The position numbers were made by a program, and so were the translations under genes. A DNA stretch of 64,000 nucleotides, from assembly GCA_965279515.1 (NCBI GenBank), contig CBDIID010000003.1, forward strand, positions 2,112,001 to 2,176,000. Reading direction: 5' to 3'. This stretch comes from Turneriella sp. Its GTDB lineage: Bacteria > Spirochaetota > Leptospiria > Turneriellales > Turneriellaceae. Position 1 is the stretch's first letter. The number at the start of each line of letters is the position of its first letter. This document shows positions 40,371 to 49,487 of this stretch, in pieces. The notes beneath the pieces were generated by a model. The model was not told the DNA's origin. It worked only from the letters and a program-made list of their open reading frames with translations, and ran no database searches.

Positions 40371-42914
40371 CTAGGGATTTACCGTAAACGTGCCATCCAG
40401 ATCATTCGTGGACCAGTTTCCGGCAGCGTCGTAGGCCTTAACACGGATGCGTGTCGTGCCAAGCGGCAAGCTGATTGCTCCTGTATATTCTGTGCCATTG
40501 GTAATCGCGATATGATCGTTGAGGAGGGAGTCCGTGGTCAAAGCACTGCCGTCGTCGGTTAAATAAATTTTATCGCAACTATGTCCCGAACATGTGATCG
40601 TCAGCGATTGCGGATTTGTATATGTACCCGGCGCCGGCGAAAAATTCAGCGTGGGACCGACGTCGTACCGCGCTAATGTAGTATAGATCGAAGCACCCAA
40701 TGCATCGACGAGGTTATAGACACAAACACGGACATCGTTTGATGAGCCTGCCCATGGAAATGCCGTGCTTGCATTCAGGCGCGTTGTCATCGTGCCCGTT
40801 GTAATCGTGCCTGCCCCAAGCCCATCGGATGGTGAATAACTGCCTGCAGCACAAGCGGCGGAACCTGTGCCACAGCCGGTAGGCCCCACGCAGATACGAA
40901 AGGGCAGTCCGGTGCGGCTCGATGTCCAGGTTAAATCGGTATAACGGAAGATGCCGCTGACGCCGACCGCACCACGGCTGCTACCGGAAATTGCAACAGT
41001 GGGAATGTTGCTGTCGACGTTATAACTCACCAAATGGCTCGAACCCTCGCGGTTGCCATAAGGGTCGAAACCCATGAATTTGATCTTCGTAACCTGTTGG
41101 TCAGGTACCGATATGCCGTTGGTGGTATCGTAGAGTGCACCGGTCGTAATCGTATCTGTCATGAAGTCGAAAACGGGCGTAGCCGGATCAGTGGGTGAAG
41201 AAACTCCCGAATTGATCGTAAAGGCAATGCTGCACCCGGTCGGAGCTCCCGTAGTGCAGGATAAATTTACTGTTGTGCCGCTGAAATTGCCCGCCGGCGT
41301 CGTATTGGTCGTCGTCGGTGCGTTATCCCAGCGATAAAATGGTGCATCGACGGAACCCCAGGTGCCGGCAAAATTCTGGCTGCAGACGCGCAGGTTATGT
41401 GTACCTGCAGAAATATCGGTGGCATTCAAAGTTAACGTATTCGATGCCGCAGTCGTACCCGAAGTAATTTGTGTGCCATCAGAGCAGGTTGTCGAATCGC
41501 GGCGGATGCTGTAAGGGGTTCCAACCCGGTTTGACGTCCACGGGATTGTCGCCGTCGTATGCCCGTTGGCACTCAGATAATATGTGGAAACCAGACCGAA
41601 CGTGAGTGTGGGCTGCACACTGTCTACGTTGTAGGTCACTGAATGGATTGCCCCCTCGCGGTTACCATAACGATCAAAGCTCGTGAATTTCACGGTGGTA
41701 ATTTTCTGATCCGGAGCAATAAAGCCACCGACCGGATACGATGTACCTGTTGTAATAGTATCCGCAGCCCCGATCGTCGGATCGGCGGGGGTGCCCGCCG
41801 ATGTGCCGGAGATCGCCGTGTAAGCAATGCTGCAACCACCCGACGAGCCAGAGGAACAAGATAAGGTTACGGTAGTGGGATTCGCCGTATGATTGCCAGC
41901 CGCGAGCGTTTGTACCGAAGTCGGCGGAGTATCCCAGCGCTCAAATGCAGCGCTCACAGAACCCCAGACGCCCACGTAATTTTTGCTGCAGATGCGCAGC
42001 GTGTGTGTGCCGGAGCTTAAATCTGTCGCGTTCAGCGTAAAAGTATTCGAGGCAGCCGTCGTTCCGGAAGCAAAAGGTGTACCGCTTGTGCAATCCGCAA
42101 CATCGAGGCGAACATCGTAGGCAACACCCGGCCTGTCTGTAGTCCAGGTGAAGGTCGACGAGGTATGCCCGGCGGCACTTAAATAATAACCTGAGAATGC
42201 CGGGTCGATGGCCAAAGTGGGATTCACAGAGTCGATGCGATAAAGCCCGCCCTGGGGTGTCGTTTCGGTATTCCCCGCCTTATCGACGCTGAGAAATTTC
42301 ACCGTTTGCTGGCTGGGGTTTGGCAATGAAATAGGCCCGGTATAAAGCAGCCCCGTGATAATTGTACCGTCTGCTGCGACGGCGGGCGTGGAAGCGTCTG
42401 TCGTATAGACGGTTTTGAGGCAGGTATCAGTGCAGGTAAGAACCAGCGACTGGCTCGTGCCATAATCTCCGGGACCAACGCTGGCTGTAGTAATGGGCGG
42501 GGTGTCATCCCTGTGAATCACGACACTGATCGCTAGCGCGGCCCCGGTCGCCGGGGTATAACAGATGACAATCGAATTATCACCCAATTGCAGTGCTGAA
42601 CTATGAAGACGGATAGTTTTTACTTCCCGCGCGGCGACAGAACCGGAGCCACCGGAGGCGAGCTGGACGCCGCTCTGGCAATCTCCGCCGAGACGGGCGA
42701 CATAACTGCCATCATTGGTGGCTAGCCATTCGAGATCCATGTAATTTCCCGCACCGGCGCCTGAAATGTATTGCGGAGGATTCCTGTTCCAGCTCAGCCT
42801 TGCGCGCCGCGGGTCCGTTTCGTTCAGGAAATTAACCATCCCCTTGGAGCAAGAAAGCAAAAACAAACCGGCCAAAAACAGTCCTTTGCCATGCTTCATC
42901 TGCAGAAATCTCAT
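40371..42914 (-). CDS. Surface lipoprotein with CHB_HEX_C/Fn3-associated-like and Ig-like stalk repeats
   Basis: Lipobox LFLLS-C; repeated YT.D...P...G..YTGPI, D.AGN and WT.DR.G..Y..R...C..GT...LR.C modules. Confidence 0.85.
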   Translation of the reverse strand: MRFLQMKHGKGLFLAGLFLLSCSKGMVNFLNETDPRRARLSWNRNPPQYISGAGAGNYMDLEWLATNDGSYVARLGGDCQSGVQLASGGSGSVAAREVKTIRLHSSALQLGDNSIVICYTPATGAALAISVVIHRDDTPPITTASVGPGDYGTSQSLVLTCTDTCLKTVYTTDASTPAVAADGTIITGLLYTGPISLPNPSQQTVKFLSVDKAGNTETTPQGGLYRIDSVNPTLAIDPAFSGYYLSAAGHTSSTFTWTTDRPGVAYDVRLDVADCTSGTPFASGTTAASNTFTLNATDLSSGTHTLRICSKNYVGVWGSVSAAFERWDTPPTSVQTLAAGNHTANPTTVTLSCSSGSSGGCSIAYTAISGTSAGTPADPTIGAADTITTGTSYPVGGFIAPDQKITTVKFTSFDRYGNREGAIHSVTYNVDSVQPTLTFGLVSTYYLSANGHTTATIPWTSNRVGTPYSIRRDSTTCSDGTQITSGTTAASNTLTLNATDISAGTHNLRVCSQNFAGTWGSVDAPFYRWDNAPTTTNTTPAGNFSGTTVNLSCTTGAPTGCSIAFTINSGVSSPTDPATPVFDFMTDTITTGALYDTTNGISVPDQQVTKIKFMGFDPYGNREGSSHLVSYNVDSNIPTVAISGSSRGAVGVSGIFRYTDLTWTSSRTGLPFRICVGPTGCGTGSAACAAGSYSPSDGLGAGTITTGTMTTRLNASTAFPWAGSSNDVRVCVYNLVDALGASIYTTLARYDVGPTLNFSPAPGTYTNPQSLTITCSGHSCDKIYLTDDGSALTTDSLLNDHIAITNGTEYTGAISLPLGTTRIRVKAYDAAGNWSTNDLDGTFTVNP

Positions 42915-43038
42915 TTGCGCTCCCTATGGTTGCGGCTCCGGATCCATTGACCTGCAGCTCTTACCATGTGCATAGTTCGTGAAGGTTTTCAAAAAAAAGC
43001 AACCTTCTGGAAAAAAAATGTTGGGTTGTTGCAAAATC

Positions 43039-43065
43039 TGTCACGATACAACATACGCAGTCGTC
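43039..43065 (+). promoter_or_regulatory. Candidate ECF-sigma promoter TGTCACG-N16-CGTC
   Basis: Bipartite ECF-type spacing upstream of the STAS-sigma operon; near-identical -35 block at 51860-51871. Confidence 0.5.
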
Positions 43066-43091
43066 AAAAGATTGCATGTAAAGGAGAGCGG

Positions 43092-43484
43092 ATGGAACTT
43101 GCTGAAAAAATCGCCAGTACAGGCTACGATGCGTCGGCGGAATTTAATATTCGTATGACTCGAGACGAGGATGTCAATATCATTGGTTTGTTCGGAGTCC
43201 TGAATATTTACACCAGCCACGAGCTCAAGAATGAACTTTTTGAACTGGCTGAGAATCGGGACACTAAGATCGTCCTTGATTTTGCCCATCTCGCTGGCAT
43301 CGACTCTGCCGGCATCGGATCGATTATTTCGGCGATGCACCGGATGCGGCGCATTCCGGGCGCTAAATTAATTGTATGTAATCTTACAGGCAATGTCGAA
43401 AAGCTCTTTATCGTTACGCGTATCATTTCACTCTTCACCGTGGTGCGCGGTGTGACCGAAGCATTAGAATTGATGCGCGATTGA
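43092..43484 (+). CDS. STAS-domain anti-sigma-factor antagonist (SpoIIAA/RsbV-like)
   Basis: AAGGAG RBS; G.LNIYT..ELK, IVLDF..L..IDSAGIG with phospho-acceptor Ser, V.KLF.VT. Confidence 0.92.
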   Translation: MELAEKIASTGYDASAEFNIRMTRDEDVNIIGLFGVLNIYTSHELKNELFELAENRDTKIVLDFAHLAGIDSAGIGSIISAMHRMRRIPGAKLIVCNLTGNVEKLFIVTRIISLFTVVRGVTEALELMRD

Positions 43485-43490
43485 CGCTTT

Positions 43491-44129
43491 ATGGCAGTTA
43501 TCGGCAGTAGTGTGGGCGACGAGTTAGGCGCGGATTTTTTCCGTGAGGAGGACGTTCCCGCACCTGACTTCGAAGCCATGCACGACGCCCGACAGCGTAC
43601 TTTTCTCGCCTTTTACGGCAAATATGCGCCCAAAGCATACGCTTATGTTCGGTCGCGCAGTTTTGCCGATGAAACCGCCGACGATATTGTCCAGAAAGTC
43701 TTTGAGATTGCCTGGCGGCGCTTCGATGAAGTAGCCTCACACCCGGCTCCCGATCTCTGGATACTGCGCATCACAGAGAACACCTGTCGCTACGAACAAC
43801 GAAAATTCTGGCGGCGGCAGGAAGTCCTCATGGCCTCGAGCGCTGACATCGACAAAATGAATGTCGGAGACCTGGAAAAGGCCCGTTACCTGGAATCTCC
43901 TCTCGAGCGCCGGGCGATCGAAAATGAACTTTACCTGGCCCTGGAAAAATTTGTAAATAAGCTTCCCAAAAAGCAAAAAGAAGTCTTTCAGATGCGCATG
44001 AATGGCATCACCTATGAAGAAATCGGCTATGCCCTGCGCATCAGCGCAGAGGCGGCCCGGCGACGCATGCTCAGGGCCATTGAATCAGGTAAGCAGCTGT
44101 TTGGCGAATTTGTTGAACTTTTGGGCTAA
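43491..44129 (+). CDS. ECF (sigma-70 group 4) RNA polymerase sigma factor
   Basis: Region 2 ADDIVQ.VF..AW, WI.RI..N; region 4 LP.KQ.EVF.MR..G.TYEEI...L.IS......R..RA. Confidence 0.92.
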   Translation: MAVIGSSVGDELGADFFREEDVPAPDFEAMHDARQRTFLAFYGKYAPKAYAYVRSRSFADETADDIVQKVFEIAWRRFDEVASHPAPDLWILRITENTCRYEQRKFWRRQEVLMASSADIDKMNVGDLEKARYLESPLERRAIENELYLALEKFVNKLPKKQKEVFQMRMNGITYEEIGYALRISAEAARRRMLRAIESGKQLFGEFVELLG

Positions 44130-44203
44130 ACGCGCCCTGGATTACTGCTATTTTTTTTTAATTCCAAGGTTGGTTTTTCCCCGGTCTGACCACGTTATCA
44201 TGC

Positions 44204-45565
44204 ATGATGCCGTTTCGCCTGCGCGAAATATTACCCTACCACGACCGGCAGAGCCTGGAATTCCGCGGTCAATTCGTCATCTTTGCACGCCTCGTGCCGG
44301 TATTAGGGCTGATTCTGTTTGTTCTGTTCGGTGCTGTTTTGCGCCCCTTTGAAACTGAGGCGCAGGCAGCGGCTACACATGCATTGCGCTATTACCTTGT
44401 TTTGCCCTATTTTGTGTTCGTGATGCTTTTGGGCATGCACCGGCGTTACCGGCGCTTTTATCCGCCCCTGATCTGGGTGGGGGTTTTACTGCAGGGCGTT
44501 TGCACATTGGCCATGCTGCGGGTTTTTGATCCGGATTCCACTGCCTTTATTTTCTATTTTTTCGGCTTTGTCATGAGTTTTGTCGGGGCCTTTACCCTTA
44601 CGGGATTGTCCCTTTTCGGCGCCGTCTCGGTATCGGCGCTGCTATTCTGTCTCTTTGAAGGCCTGATTCTCTTCAAGTTAACGGTGCGGGACTCTTTCAG
44701 AAATGTGCTGCACCTGTTTATCTTCATGTTTTTGGGATTCGGGTTTATTTCGGCCTACCTCGTTAGACGTTCGATGAAAAAAGTTTTTGCTGCGCGGCGG
44801 GAGTTGCGCATCGAACGCACAAAAAGTACCCGTATGGCCCGGACTCTGCTCAATGTGCCCGTGCGCCTGCAATCGGCTTTGCTGCCGGCGATTCCTTCGC
44901 TGCCCGGCGCGGAAGCCGATTACTTTTGCGCCCCTGCAGAAGATGTGGGGGGAGATTACGTTGATATTATTTCCGCTGCTGACGCGCATTGGCTGGTTAT
45001 CGGTGACGTCAGCGGTAAAGGACTCACCGCAGGGCTGATTATGGTCATGACGCAGGCAAGCATTCACACGGCCGTCACAATGCTGCCGGACGCCAGCCCG
45101 GCCCGTATACTGGAATGCGTCAACCGCACCTTAACCCATAATATTGCGCAGATGGATCGCGATTTAAGTAAGTATGTCACGCTATCCCTGCTGCGTCTCG
45201 AACAAGATTGGCGGATTGCGCATTCGGGATTACACCAGGATATAGTTGTTTATCGCAAGAGCGGGGATTACCTGGAATTTATTCCGAGCATCGGATCCTG
45301 GTTAGGGCTACCGCAATGGCAGGGCGCATTCGGCGACGGTTACACGCGCCTGGAAGCGGGCGATATCCTTTTTCTCTACACCGATGGCCTGACGGAGATT
45401 TTTAAAGAAAATGTGGGCAACGATTCTGCAGGGCGTCTGTTTTCGATATTACGCAAATACGCACACGCACAGCTGGGCGAAATAAAAGAAAAGATCATTC
45501 TCGAAATGGACCTGAAGAATGCCGGCGACGATGCGGCCTTTATTTTGCTACGGAGAACCGCATGA
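44204..45565 (+). CDS. Multi-TM PP2C/SpoIIE-family Ser/Thr phosphatase (SiaA/RsbU-like)
   Basis: About six N-terminal TM helices; GGDY.D, IGDVSGKG..AG, GD..FLYTDG..E, DDA. Confidence 0.9.
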   Translation: MMPFRLREILPYHDRQSLEFRGQFVIFARLVPVLGLILFVLFGAVLRPFETEAQAAATHALRYYLVLPYFVFVMLLGMHRRYRRFYPPLIWVGVLLQGVCTLAMLRVFDPDSTAFIFYFFGFVMSFVGAFTLTGLSLFGAVSVSALLFCLFEGLILFKLTVRDSFRNVLHLFIFMFLGFGFISAYLVRRSMKKVFAARRELRIERTKSTRMARTLLNVPVRLQSALLPAIPSLPGAEADYFCAPAEDVGGDYVDIISAADAHWLVIGDVSGKGLTAGLIMVMTQASIHTAVTMLPDASPARILECVNRTLTHNIAQMDRDLSKYVTLSLLRLEQDWRIAHSGLHQDIVVYRKSGDYLEFIPSIGSWLGLPQWQGAFGDGYTRLEAGDILFLYTDGLTEIFKENVGNDSAGRLFSILRKYAHAQLGEIKEKIILEMDLKNAGDDAAFILLRRTA

Positions 45566-46080
45566 CGGTAAAAAGCCAGGGAATGATTCTGCTGCACAAT
45601 CTTGACCTCGTTGCGGATGTCGATCCGGAATACGAAAAATTGCATGAACTCGTGGAATCGCTGACGGGTGTTTATGGAAATCACGAAGTCAACGAAGGCG
45701 TACAACTGACACTCTATGAGCTCCTTGAAAATGCCATCAAATACTCCACGGCGCATCCCCCGGGAAAAATCCGTTTCTCTTTTAGCGTAAACCATGTGCA
45801 TGCCTGTGTCATGATCCGTAACCGCTGTATTTCGCTCGAAAACATCAGGGCATTGACACGCACCATAGATGAGATCAACCTCACGGATGGTGATGCATTG
45901 TACGAATCCCGGATGCGTGATTTATTTGAAGATCCCTATCAGGATAGGGTGCGGCTGGGCCTATTGCGCATCGTTGTCGAGGCCGGTTTTTCGCTGCAAT
46001 ATATTAAAACACGAAATTTTATCGAAGTAATAGCAACGAGAAAACTTGGAAAAAGGAAGGAAAATGCGGCAATTAGTTAA
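45562..46080 (+). CDS. Stand-alone GHKL-type protein kinase (SiaB / anti-sigma-kinase-like)
   Basis: N-box YELLENAIKY, I.N, long helical lid (Y..RM), LGLLRI..E; ATGA overlap with the PP2C gene. Confidence 0.7.
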   Translation: MTVKSQGMILLHNLDLVADVDPEYEKLHELVESLTGVYGNHEVNEGVQLTLYELLENAIKYSTAHPPGKIRFSFSVNHVHACVMIRNRCISLENIRALTRTIDEINLTDGDALYESRMRDLFEDPYQDRVRLGLLRIVVEAGFSLQYIKTRNFIEVIATRKLGKRKENAAIS

Positions 46081-46450
46081 GAATACCCACACAAAAGGAC
46101 TGCTGAAGTTGCACGAAAGCTGCGATGGTGAGACACTGACACTGGCATGGGAAGGAAAATCAGTGGATAAAAATCCAGGTGAATTTTTAAATCCTCTCTT
46201 ATTAAAAATTACCGAAGAGCCAGGGCTCGCCCGCGTCATTGTAGACCTGACCGAACTGGCGCAGATGAACTCTTCATCGATGCCATCGCTGATCATATTC
46301 ATGAAAAACCTGGAACGCAAGGGTATCGCCGCTGAGTTTTATTATTCGGCGGATTCGGAGTGGCAACGCATTGCCTTTCAAATGCTTGCAAATCTTGCAA
46401 AAACCATACCGAGCATCCGTGTCTTGACGGCGGCAAAAACAGCTGGATAG
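46064..46450 (+). CDS. SiaC-like (DUF1987 / STAS-like) phospho-acceptor protein
   Basis: L.W.GKS...NP..FL.P.L, VDL..L..MNSSS, YY....EWQ resemble the SiaC pattern G.S.PEN..F..P / NT(S)SS / WYY. AAGGAAGG RBS before ATG 46064. Confidence 0.65.
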   Translation: MRQLVKNTHTKGLLKLHESCDGETLTLAWEGKSVDKNPGEFLNPLLLKITEEPGLARVIVDLTELAQMNSSSMPSLIIFMKNLERKGIAAEFYYSADSEWQRIAFQMLANLAKTIPSIRVLTAAKTAG

Positions 46451-46474
46451 ACTGAATATTTTGCGGGGGAAAAT

Positions 46475-47425
46475 ATGAGCAGAAAAAATGACCCGCGGGA
46501 CGCGGAAAAACAAAAAGCCTATATGGAAAAGATGCGCGCCTGGGACGCGCGGGACGAGGAAAATCAACAGGGCCCCACCAAAGATAATTTTTTATCGGCA
46601 TGGACAGCCAGTGTCGCACGTTTTCGCGCGACGCATTTCGGCTACCGGCCGCGACCGTTTCTATTTCCTGAGGAAAAGGCAAGGAAGGCACCGGTTTCTC
46701 TCTGGAGTAACAATTTGTTCCGGATTCCCCTCGCCGGATCTTTCGCGCTGGCGGCAGTATTGCTTGTGATTTTTTTATTTCCGAATCCAAACCCACAGGT
46801 GCCCTCGGAAACGGGTAAGGCCCTTACCGCGGGAAATTTTCCGCGAATCGGTGGATCGTTATTTCCGGGGAAATCCCTCATTTCGTTGGGCGATAAACGC
46901 ACCTTGCGCGTCACCCGGGGAGCATTGGTCGTCGTGGATGCACAACCCGGTGCAGTGCCTACGCTCGATCTCATGGGTAATGTAGTCCAAGGGGATTTTG
47001 ACCTGCGCGGCAAGACAAACCTAATTGTGCGTAATGCTTATATCCGGGTCGTTGTTACCGGCACCGCGTTCGGCATCGATTGGGCGGGTGAAACCGGAAA
47101 GGTTACTCTGCGGCGGGGCTCTGTGACCGTTGAACACAACAATGGCCAGCAATTACGCCTGAAACCGGGAGCTGAACTCAAGTATACTAAAGAGGGGATG
47201 CGCATAGCATCGGCGGGACCGCCTGCTCTTGCCCCGCCTGACAACAGGTTCATATTCAATATGAAGTCCGGGGAAATTCTCAAAGGGGTTCTGCTGAGGG
47301 AGAATGCGGAAAAGATTACGGTATTGAATGACGAAGGAAAAACTGTCGTGCTGCAGAAATCAGAAATCGATGATCGTATTCGGGAATCAGCAATCGTGAA
47401 GAAGGATCAGGACCATGAAGAATAA
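46475..47425 (+). CDS. FecR-like bitopic anti-sigma/transducer with extra C-terminal Sm-like module
   Basis: About 85-aa cytoplasmic N-terminus, one TM, FecR motifs V.VTGT.F.I, V.L..GSV.V, LKPG. Confidence 0.75.
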   Translation: MSRKNDPRDAEKQKAYMEKMRAWDARDEENQQGPTKDNFLSAWTASVARFRATHFGYRPRPFLFPEEKARKAPVSLWSNNLFRIPLAGSFALAAVLLVIFLFPNPNPQVPSETGKALTAGNFPRIGGSLFPGKSLISLGDKRTLRVTRGALVVVDAQPGAVPTLDLMGNVVQGDFDLRGKTNLIVRNAYIRVVVTGTAFGIDWAGETGKVTLRRGSVTVEHNNGQQLRLKPGAELKYTKEGMRIASAGPPALAPPDNRFIFNMKSGEILKGVLLRENAEKITVLNDEGKTVVLQKSEIDDRIRESAIVKKDQDHEE

Positions 47426-49487
47426 AATCCGCGTTTCCCTGGTTACAAAAATCTCCCTGCTGTTTTTCTCCCTGACCCTGCTGAATGTCTTGTTTTTCTG
47501 GATTTCAAGCGGCTCAAATCAACTCCGCCTTATTGCCGAGAAAGCAACAGCCGAAGCCCAGTCACAGGTCACGGAAATCAAAAAAAACATAGAACGCATC
47601 AACGGAAGCATTTTGGCCGGCACAAACACAGCGCAGTACGCCATTTCCATAAACAATGCCCTCGAAATGGCCGCACGGGATAAACAAAACAAAAGCGGCA
47701 CCTGGCCGGATTTCCAGTTGGTATCCGCCGGCGGTCGCGTTTTGATATCCTGGCCTAAAAAAAATATAACAGAGAGCGTGCTGAAGCCTGAGACCCTGAA
47801 GGCGGCGATTCGGGCAATTCAGCTTCGGGAATTCAGCAACACACAATTTTACGGCGAACCCGATGTATTACATTATTCCGTGAATGCCTTCATTCCGGTT
47901 TTTAACGCCGCAGATAGTGAAGTTGTCCTGGTAACAAAACTGAGCGTGATGAAAATCCGCGATGAACTCGACCTGTTACTGCGTTCGGCATTGGGAATTG
48001 TGGTGCTGCTCACGGTTTTACAGATTCTTGTGGGCGTAGTGATTTACAGAAAACTGCTGCGTCCCATTCTTGCGGTCACCCGTGCATCTGTTGAGCTCGG
48101 CGGAGGTAAGCACGTCGAAATCGAGCGTTATGCGAAAAACAACGACGAACTTGGAATCCTGGTACGCACATTTAACCAAATGAGCGTGAATATCCGCGAT
48201 CAGAAAACAGAACTGGAGAAGAATTATAAAGACCTGAAAAAGAAGAGCGATATGATGAACTTTGAACTGAATATCGCCCAGAAGATACAGGCGGCCATTT
48301 TACCGAAGGATTTCAAACCGGGAGGAATGCTCGTCGAAGCCGAGTATAATCCGCTCTATGGTGTCTCGGGAGACTATTTTGACTGGTTTCAATTCCGCGA
48401 TGGCAGCACCGGTTTTATCATCTGCGATGCCAGCGGCCATGGAGTACCCGCAGCGCTCTTAACGATTATGGCGAAATCCTATTTTTCTTCGTTTGCTGAG
48501 AGCTACGAAGACCCAGCGGCGCTCCTGCGCTCAGCAAACGCCGATATCGCCCGTGCCCTGGATGGCGGGGGGCACTACCTAACTGCTTTCTATGCGCGTA
48601 TTTATCCTGATGGCACTCTCAAATACGCCAATGCAACACACCCCTTGCCATTTGTTTTCGACGAAACGACGGGAAATGTCACCTCACTGGAAGCTCCCGG
48701 ATTTTATATCGGTTTGTTGCAAGACCTGCCCATGGATTTCGAGACCCGAGAACTGAAGCTGACGGCAAAACAGAAACTGGTCTTTTATACCGACGGTATC
48801 ACCGAGGCCATCAATGAGGCAGGAGACATGTTCGGTGACGACCGACTGAAAGCGATTGTTGCCGAATGCGGGGCTTTGCCACCGGCCGAACTGAAACAAA
48901 CGATACTAAAGGATCTTCAAACCTTCTGCGGAACTACGGCGCTGCGCGATGACGTAACCCTGGTTGTCATAGAGGTTGGTGAGGTTTTATCGGGTGCTCA
49001 CCGTGGACAAAACCTGAAAGAGGCTATTGAATCCTATCGCAGTTTTGACTTCACCAAAGCAATTGATATTTTCAATACTCTCCGTGCAGACAGTCCCGAA
49101 TTGATGACCGGGGCGGCATTGTCATACTTTGCCGACACCTATTTTAAGCTTAAACAATTCAGCAAAGCGCTGCCATTATTCAAAGAATACCTCGAGCGTT
49201 ACGGAGAAAGGGATGTAGTCCTCATGAAAATCGGGACCTGCCTGATGAAAGAGCGGCAATTCGACACGGCGCTGATGTACTTCCAGAGAGCCACGGATCT
49301 CGACAAGAATTTTGCCGAGGCATACGCCGGGGTTGCCGCATGTTTGATGCGCCTTGGTCGTACCGAAGAAGCCCTGAACTCTGTGCAAACCGCCCTGGCA
49401 TTAAAACCCGATGCTCCGCGCTTTCAAAAACTGCGCGACAAAATCGCCGCGGCTGCAAACGGAGATAAGGAGTTAGCTCTTGCCTGA
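47415..49487 (+). CDS. Sensor PP2C phosphatase: 2 TM with periplasmic domain, HAMP, SpoIIE domain, C-terminal TPRs
   Basis: L.PI...DELG.L...FN.M; EL.IA..IQ..ILP, SGDYFD, CDASGHGVPAA, YTDGITEA, DD.T; TPR A.AYAGVA....LGR.EEA. Confidence 0.92.
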   Translation: MKNKIRVSLVTKISLLFFSLTLLNVLFFWISSGSNQLRLIAEKATAEAQSQVTEIKKNIERINGSILAGTNTAQYAISINNALEMAARDKQNKSGTWPDFQLVSAGGRVLISWPKKNITESVLKPETLKAAIRAIQLREFSNTQFYGEPDVLHYSVNAFIPVFNAADSEVVLVTKLSVMKIRDELDLLLRSALGIVVLLTVLQILVGVVIYRKLLRPILAVTRASVELGGGKHVEIERYAKNNDELGILVRTFNQMSVNIRDQKTELEKNYKDLKKKSDMMNFELNIAQKIQAAILPKDFKPGGMLVEAEYNPLYGVSGDYFDWFQFRDGSTGFIICDASGHGVPAALLTIMAKSYFSSFAESYEDPAALLRSANADIARALDGGGHYLTAFYARIYPDGTLKYANATHPLPFVFDETTGNVTSLEAPGFYIGLLQDLPMDFETRELKLTAKQKLVFYTDGITEAINEAGDMFGDDRLKAIVAECGALPPAELKQTILKDLQTFCGTTALRDDVTLVVIEVGEVLSGAHRGQNLKEAIESYRSFDFTKAIDIFNTLRADSPELMTGAALSYFADTYFKLKQFSKALPLFKEYLERYGERDVVLMKIGTCLMKERQFDTALMYFQRATDLDKNFAEAYAGVAACLMRLGRTEEALNSVQTALALKPDAPRFQKLRDKIAAAANGDKELALA

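Noticed and set aside
44151..44159. T9 tract after the sigma gene as a terminator
   Set aside because: No convincing GC-rich stem precedes it.
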